A stretch of 63,601 nt of DNA, filler included, from Ministeria vibrans ATCC 50519 (taxonomy: Eukaryota > Protista > Filasterea), in NCBI GenBank assembly GCA_943704425.1. It is 5 parts of 5 records of this genome, joined end to end, with 100 filler letters (N's around TTAATTAATTAA, not from the genome) between each part and the next. Parts side by side here need not be neighbours in the genome. Positions count along the whole stretch, not along the records: positions 47,120 to 60,551 come from CALSCP010001437.1; positions 60,652 to 62,419 come from CALSCP010002299.1; positions 62,520 to 63,601 come from CALSCP010001746.1; 2 more parts are not named here. One strand, given 5' to 3'. How positions within the stretch are numbered: position 1 is the stretch's first letter; each line of letters opens with the position of its first letter. The notes beneath the pieces are model-generated. The model was not told the origin of the DNA. It saw only the letters and a list, made by a program, of their open reading frames with translations, and did no database searches. Below are positions 56,501 through 63,601 of this stretch, one piece after another. Made by a program: the position numbers and the translations under genes.

Positions 56501-57084
56501 GCGTGGTGTTTGTCGCGCTCAACGAGTCGCACATGCGACGGGTCTTTGACAATGCTCAGGGGATGGGTGTAGACGCGGTGGACACTTCTCAGGCGTCCTT
56601 TGTCCTGTATTCCAACGATACGCAAGTGTCGTCCGCGCTCGCCCAAGCTCCCGTGCTAACCCTTGTCGAGCGTCTTGAGGGCAATATGACAGTGTCGCTT
56701 GCATGGAACTCTTCCTTTGGCGCACACACACCCACAGCTGACGCACTCACCCTAACGGGTGACGTTGTCTTGCGACACATCTCCGTGCGCACTCCTGGCT
56801 TTGTCTTTCTGTTCCATCTCTCCACCAGCACCAACTTTACCGTGGCTGTGGCTGCGGGGGCACTCTCAGACATTAGCGGTCGCTCCAACACGGTTCCTTC
56901 CACGCCGCTGTTTCTGGTGGTACAGCCTACAATGAGTGATGACACGTCGTCGTCGTCGTCGTCACTCTCTTCCGCGCCCATTGCAGGCATTCTTGTGGCT
57001 GCTTTCCTTTTGTGTATATTAATTATGTTTGTTGTGGCTCATCTTCGACGCAAGCGTGAAGACGATGATGTATCTGATGCATAA
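53568..57084 (+). CDS. Single-pass membrane protein: signal peptide, seven FG-GAP/VCBS Ca-binding blades, ASPIC/UnbV domain (CRTAC1 family), Ig-like stalk, TM, short tail; 4 exons
   Basis: DYDDDGDLD, DIDNDGDLD, DINRDGLID, DMDRNGWPD, DWNHDGYLD, DADNDGDAD, DYDNDGDLD; NSFGIGARVYV..AHFGL..VYWP; TM PIAGILVAAFLLCILIMFVVAHL followed by RRKR. Confidence 0.88.
54828..54880. repeat. (AACAAGAAT)n 9-mer tandem repeat, intronic
   Basis: Five to six visible copies. Confidence 0.9.
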
Positions 57085-57362
57085 TCAGAATAAGCCACTC
57101 TCCGAATTCCTCAAACTCTTCTTACACTTGTTGCGAGAATGTATTTGTGGGGTTTTGGGTGCTCCACTTTTTTTTTCAACTTTTTTGGGCTAGCAGCAAT
57201 GAAGCATTGTATTTGTTGTATTTTATGATTAAAGTTTCAGTTTTAGTTTCACCGTCAGAACTGAGGCTGATCAACTAACTAGACTAAAAACTTAACATCT
57301 TTTCACATCAGTATCACATTTGCTGCATTTGATAACTGTTTTATCGCAGTAGTGCAGAGGGC

Positions 57363-59989
57363 ATGTCGGATTCGAGTAGAAAGAGAAAACGATCGGACGA
57401 CGCGATCGAGAGTGGCGCAGACAAAGTGTCACCAGCCACCACGGCGGCGCTTGTCGATGCCGCCTCGACAGCCGCCACCACCACTGCCACCACCTCTACT
57501 ACCTCAGCTATTCCAGCAGGCGAACAGTAACGCTCAAAAAAACGAAACGCGCATCATTTTTGCGCTTTTTTGAAACGTCTCCCTGTTTCGCTGGCACACA
57601 CGCGCCGTGCTTGATGGCGCCGCTGTCTCACTCTTGGTCTGTGTAGTCCTTCGTCTCGGCGATGCCCCTACCTGGACACCATTGACCGCAAAGTGCTTGA
57701 TTTTGACTTTGAGAAACTGTGTTCGGTGTCGCTCTCCAAAATCAATGTGTATGCCTGTCTGGTGTGCGGCAAGTACTTCCAGGGCCGCGGACAGCACACG
57801 CATGCGTACACGCACAGTGTCGATGCGTCTCACCATGTGTTTATCAACTTGTCGACGCTGCAGACGTACTGTTTGCCCGACAACTACCTTGTCATTGACG
57901 CGTCTCTCGACGACATCAGACACGTCCTGTGTCCCCTCTACACCCCCGAGCAAGTCCGTCAAATAATGCACATCGACAAACCTGTGCGTGCTCTCAATGG
58001 TGTCATGTATCTTCCCGGTCAGTACTAATCATGCGCCACCCTAATCATACTAATAATTATTGTTGTTCTTTTTCCTTTTTACATCTTTCCATCATCGTTC
58101 CACACGATCGCCTTTCCAACTCCCAGGCACCGTAGGACTCAACAACATCAAAGCAAACGACTATATGAACGTCGTTTTGCAAGCACTGGTACACGTCGCA
58201 CCCTTCCGCGACTTCTTCCTGCAGCCTGGCAACTACACGCCCAAGGAGGCGACTACCACGCCCGCCCTGGCCCCGTCCGCCGTCCTTCAGCGCACTGGCG
58301 AGCTCATCCGCAAAATGTGCAACTCGCATGTGTTCAAGCCTCATGTCAGCCCTCACGAGGTGAGACACACATCATTGTAGAATGAATTGACAAAAGGGCA
58401 TCACTTCATTGCTGATCTTCGAATTCTTTTTTGTCTGCACAGCTTCTTCAAGCGGTGACGCAGGCGAGTGACAAGGAGTTTCTCATCACAAAACAAGGCG
58501 ATCCGCTGCGGTTTGTCGCGTGGTTTCTCAACACACTGCATCACGACTTGGTCAAGCCGACCAAGGCGCTCACCCGCTCGCGAACAACGGCCATCCACTC
58601 CATCTTCCAAGGCAACATGTCCGTCTGGACGCGCATTGTTGAGTCGGACCTCTCAGAGGTACTAACCCTCTCACACATATTACTGTCCTCATACATACAC
58701 CACACTAATCATGCGTGTAGGGTGCGGATGAGACGCATCGTGCGTCGCCCTTCCTCTACCTCTCCCTCGACGTCCCCAACGCGCCCCTCTTCTCCGACGC
58801 CACTGAGCGCTCTTTCATCCCCCAGGCCCCGCTTCCTCAGCTCCTGGACAAGTTCAACGGTATCCATACGACAGAGTACAGAGTAAGTATTACTGTTAAT
58901 AGAAGAAGAACATCAATACATAAACATATTGATATAACAATTCGTTGCACGACGTTTTTTTTTTTGCGCAATTTTTCCAAACCCTTTGTTTTATTCGCCC
59001 AATAAGCGCATAAACGCAGTCTAACTGTCAATGTCTGCATTTGTCTGTCTATTTATCCATCTGTCTGTCTGACTGTCTCTCTATTGCTTTCTTGTCGAAG
59101 TGAATAAGTGTCTTTTGTCTTTCGCGTCAAAGTGCACTTTTGACCGACTTTGTTTTCTATGAGCGGTCCGTCCGACACACATTACCTATTATTATCAATA
59201 CAGTGTTTGCTTCTCATACGAATTAGTGTTCCAATTTGGCCCCTCCTCATTGCGTCCCTCTTTTTGTCCCGTTTCTCTTTGGACACAATGAATAATCCGA
59301 TATGAAAGTTTGTGTGTCACTCATTTGACCGTTTTTTTTTTCGTCTGTTGTGACAGACTGGACAGAATGTGTCTGTGAAGCGGTTTTTGATTACACGACT
59401 GCCGTCGTATCTGATTCTGGTGATCAACCGGTTCAAGAAGAACAACTTTTTTCTGGAGAAAAATCCGACGATTGTCAACTTTCCGGTGCAAGGGCTGGAC
59501 ATGGCGGCGTATTGCACGCCCGGGATGTCCCAGACCACCTACGACCTGGTGCGTTGTTTGTTATTATATGTGATTGTGCTGTATATGTGTTTGGAGTGTG
59601 TGAGTGACTGTGTGTGTATGTGTGTATGTGTGTATGTGGGTATGGCGTCATTGTGACCCCTTGCTTTCTGTTGTGCCGAGTGTGTACACTCATGCTGATT
59701 GTTTGTGTTGCATTCCCACGTTTTGTCTTCAATTCGATTCTTTCTCCCTTCTTTGCTATTCTACACACAGGTCGCCAACATCTGCCATGAGGGCAAGCCT
59801 GGGTCAGGCGAGGGGGTCTTCCGTGTGCACGTTGCACACGAGACCTTCTCGGTCCCGGCCACTCCCGACACCCCCTCCGTCCGCTCGCAGGCCTGGTACC
59901 TTGTCGAGGACCTCCACGTCTCCGAAATTCTCCCCCAGATGATTGCTCTCTCCGAGGCATACATCCAGGTGTACCGTCGCAATGTCTGA
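57363..59989 (+). CDS. USP39: U4/U6.U5 tri-snRNP-associated protein 2 (Sad1/USP39, pseudo-deubiquitinase), multi-exon
   Basis: CPYLDTIDRKVLDFDFEKLCSVSLS, YACLVCGKYFQGRG, YCLPDNY, GLNNIKANDY, FKPHVSPHE, RFKKNNFFLEKNPTIVNFP, ILPQMIALSEAYIQVY. Confidence 0.97.
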
Positions 59990-60111
59990 CAATACAATCA
60001 TGTTGATAATGCTCTTCTTCCTTTTTGTTTGTTCTGGGGAAAATAAGGTTCATTTTGTACACTCCACATCCTTTGCTTGTGTCTCTCTCCTATCTCTCTT
60101 CTCTCTCCCTC

Positions 60112-60446
60112 TCACCGCCGACGCTTGCGTGTTCTCTTGCGCGCACTAGGCGACGCTGGCGACGATGCACCGCCCGTTTTGTTCTGCGTGCGGTTTACAT
60201 CGGTGACAGTGCGTAGTACGAGTGAGATGCGTGCATTCTCGGGTGTGCCAAATTGCGGAACGGCGTGCTCCCAGAAGTATCGACACTCGCCCGTCATGAC
60301 ATAGAGCGAACGACGCCCCACCGGTACCTCATAGGGCTCGTCAGGCTCGCGCAGTCGCTTGTTCTTGCGGCGCATGCGCACAACACCCGCCGAGCCCAGT
60401 GTCACAATCGCAATTACACTGCCAAACTTGCTGATTTCGTCCACCT
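60112..60446 (-). CDS. AlkB-family 2OG-Fe(II) dioxygenase, last exon (5' part lost in gap)
   Basis: (H)VD...IAIVTLGS, RRSLYVMTGECRYFWEHAV, RISLVLR. Confidence 0.8.
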
Positions 60447-60494
60447 GTACGTGCGTGTGTGATTAATGTGAGTGATATGTGCACACACCTTGTT

Positions 60495-60790
60495 GTTTCT
60501 CTATCTATCATTTTGTTTCTCTCTCTCTATCACTTTGTTTCTTCCCCCCCCNNNNNNNNNNNNNNNNNNNNNNNNNNNNNNNNNNNNNNNNNNNNTTAAT
60601 TAATTAANNNNNNNNNNNNNNNNNNNNNNNNNNNNNNNNNNNNNNNNNNNNGTGATAGAGAGAGAGAAACAAAGTGATAGAGAGAGAAACAAAGTGACAG
60701 AGAAGAGAAACAAAGTGATAGAGAGAGAGAAACAAAGTGATAGAGAGAGAAACAAAGTGACAGAGGGAGAGAAACAAAGTGATAGAGAAA
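60495..60790. repeat. TATCACTTTGTTTCTCTCTC minisatellite at both contig ends flanking the linker (opposite orientations)
   Basis: atcactttgttt at 60529; (gagagaaacaaagtgata)n at 60652-60790. Confidence 0.9.
60552..60651. other. Artificial contig linker
   Basis: N-TTAATTAATTAA-N. Confidence 0.97.
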
Positions 60791-60836
60791 GTAAGCATGA
60801 TATCGAGAAGGGAGCACATTAAGCAAGAGAGCGCAC

Positions 60837-62172
60837 CTCCCAGAGAGTCATGGAAATTTGGAGAAGAGCTTGTTGCTTGACACTCTCCTCTTCGCCCTCT
60901 GCGTTTTCTTCCGTTTCCGGATCAGACACGTCTGGAAAGGAAAAAAAATATATAAAAAACAACGCAGTGAGAAACAATGGCTAAACCATTTTACGTACAT
61001 AGCACGGGAATATTCCTCTTTTCGTCGTGAATCACTTTGACGTGTCCGTCTTTGACAAGGAACGCCAAGTGAAAATAATTCTCGACTGTCTGAGCAAACG
61101 AGTCGGGGTTGACCACCGCCTGGAAGAGAGGTACGCACCGCCTCTTGCTGGAAGAAGCAGCCTTGAGAAGAATCGCGTGCATTTGCTCGACCTGTCGTGT
61201 ACGATCGTGCTCGTCTGGTTCGTCCGATTTTCGCTGTGAGAGAAGAGAGAGAACGAAAGCACAAGTGGTAGAGAGAGGGAGAAAAACCAAGTGGTAGAGA
61301 GAGAGGGAGTACGTGATAGCAGGGAGAGAGCAAATAAGTTGGTGTATGTTTCTGACTCTATTTTCGATTCATAAGTCACCTGAGTGTCACGTGCAACAAT
61401 TCGGTCCTCGTCGCGGATCTTTTGCGTTCGCTGGCGCTGCACTTCTTGGCGTACTTTGGGCTTTACATCCAATGGCCCCAACCTACACAAAATAAGAAAT
61501 TAACAGTTTCTGGCGTCTTCTTTGGCTTGTGTTTTACATAAACTCAATGTTGGGACCACTTTTGAAGAAGGAAGTAACTTGAAAGCCCAAGTCGCGCCAG
61601 GGGGTCGCGCTGCGGTCCTCAAGACGACGTCGCACACGACGACCCTGATGGCCGCCATCTGCCGGACCCGCTTCGTCGTAGTCTTCGTTATCATCATCGT
61701 CGTCGTTTCCGTCATCGTCTGCAAGCGGTCGTCGTTGACCAAGGCGAGTACGCAGCTTGGTGAGAAAGGCATCGCTGTCGATTTCTGACAGTTGCAATTT
61801 GCGCGCTCGTTCGGCGCTCAGTTCCGCAATGGTTCGCACCGCCTGCGCGTCGTACGCCGCCTCTTGCGTGTGTACGACGGTCGTATACAGCTGGTCAATC
61901 TCGTTCATCTTCTGATGCAACGTGCTGCCTCCATCCTTGTCCTGGACAGGCCGAACCAGGTCGTGTCGCGAAGCTGCAAACATCCGAGACGAAAACCGTT
62001 TTTGCTCATCACTAAACGTATTGGGGGCATTCTTGGTGCACAATCGACTTACCCTCCATGTTCTCTATGACTACACGGTAGTCGGCGCGCAGTTGGCGTC
62101 TCTCGCGCATCGATTGGGTGTCGGCCTGGACAGAGAAAGCGTTGCGCGCGTTGTTGTCAATTCGTTTCGTCA

Positions 62173-62206
<34 letters not shown>

Positions 62207-62224
62207 TCACACTTCTCTTACCAT
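60837..62224 (-). CDS. NSE4: SMC5/6 kleisin subunit Nse4, 3' end truncated by gap
   Basis: RERRQLRADYR, VVHTQEAAYDAQ, FM|LGPLDV, and the Nse4_C motif LFQAVVNPDSFAQTVENYFHLAFLVKDG. Confidence 0.9.
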
Positions 62225-62353
62225 TGCAAAATTCAAAAACAATCAGCTCTTAAGCGGGACACGAGCGAGGTCAAGGTGCCAGTCGAGAACGAAAGAAAGA
62301 TAATAATATGAATTATGTTAATTATTATTTTATTAATAATAATAATAATAATA

Positions 62354-62398
<45 letters not shown>

Positions 62399-62419
62399 GT
62401 TTCACTCTTCACAGTTTTT

Positions 62420-62519
62420 NNNNNNNNNNNNNNNNNNNNNNNNNNNNNNNNNNNNNNNNNNNNTTAATTAATTAANNNNNNNNNNNNNNNNNNNNNNNNN
62501 NNNNNNNNNNNNNNNNNNN
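62420..62519. other. Artificial contig linker
   Basis: N-TTAATTAATTAA-N. Confidence 0.97.
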
Positions 62520-62896
<377 letters not shown>

Positions 62897-63029
62897 TGAG
62901 AGTTGAAATATTTTTGAATTTTGCTTCATTGATCATTCAGATCATTAAGCAAACTCAAAACACGGAAGTCGAAAGTGACTCGAAACTCTAATCAGAATTT
63001 GACATCTCTTTGTGTTCTGGAGCAATATT

Positions 63030-63254
63030 ATGCTGAAGTACTTGTTATTGGTGAACAAGCAAGGGCAGACGCGCCTGTCGCAGTACTTTGAGCTGACGCC
63101 GATGGCTGAGCGAATGGCCATTGAGGCGGAGGTCATTCGCAAGTGTCTGGCGCGCAACGAGGCCCAGTGCAGCATCATGGAGTACCAGAACTACAAGCTT
63201 GTGTACCGCCGATACGCCTCGCTCTTCTTCATCGTCGGCGCTGACCACGAAGAG
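63030..63254 (+). CDS. AP4S1: AP-4 complex sigma subunit, first exon
   Basis: MLKYLLLVNKQGQTRLSQY...EVIRKCLAR...CS..EYQNYKLVYRRYASLFFIVG. Confidence 0.9.
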
Positions 63255-63445
63255 GTATTGTGTTTTCTTTCTTTTTTTTTCTCGTCTTTTTTTTCGTTTT
63301 GCACCTTTTCACCCTCCCAATGGCGCAATGTGTTCTGGTGTGTGCTTTAACGCCTTGTAATGTATGTTTCTCTTAACACACATCAAGAGAATTGAGCTTC
63401 TTTTCGTGCCGTTGCGTTTTTTTTGGATCATTCTCTTGAGTGATA

Positions 63446-63512
<67 letters not shown>

Positions 63513-63601
63513 GGAGAAACAAAGTGTGTGTGAGAGAGAGAGGGAGAGTGATAGAGTGAGTGAGAGAACGTGAGATGCAGAGATGCTGATTTAGAGTTTG
63601 T

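Noticed and set aside
53568-57084. True integrin alpha
   Set aside because: Has an ASPIC/UnbV domain and Ca motifs in all seven blades, and lacks GFFKR.
58130-58170. USP domain lacking the catalytic Cys (GLNNIKANDY)
   Set aside because: Normal for Sad1/USP39, a known pseudo-enzyme.

Overview
Eukaryotic, gene-dense genomic DNA with GC-rich exons and short AT- or microsatellite-rich GT-AG introns. It is five contigs joined by artificial N/TTAATTAATTAA/N linkers at 20182, 47020, 60552 and 62420, so adjacency across linkers is not real synteny. A full FERM-kinase-FAT focal adhesion kinase, an adhesion GPCR, a fungal-type Sct1/Gpt2 GPAT and a PXB/DUF3818 protein together suggest a unicellular holozoan, possibly filasterean-like (inference). 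About 19 genes or gene fragments are present: GH31, FAK, TEN1, GH59, two multi-domain sugar-enzyme paralogs, actin 3' end, AHA1, class-3 lipase, GPAT, giant adhesion GPCR, P4-ATPase, UTP12/WDR3, PXB-DUF3818-MABP protein, FG-GAP/ASPIC-UnbV membrane protein, USP39/Sad1, AlkB-like, NSE4, thiolase and AP4S1. The most striking system is a head-to-head paralog pair (11761-19451, start codons about 200 bp apart). Both encode a type II membrane-anchored fusion of NDP-sugar epimerase/reductase, Zn-binding NDP-hexose C-methyltransferase and GT2-like glycosyltransferase, with reciprocal loss of catalytic motifs. This suggests a split pathway for making and transferring a C-methyl-branched sugar in the secretory pathway. 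The second highlight is a ~14.5 kb adhesion GPCR gene built from seven SBBP-like beta-propeller+EGF modules. All family calls come from motif recognition by eye, with no database search, and exon boundaries are manual predictions.
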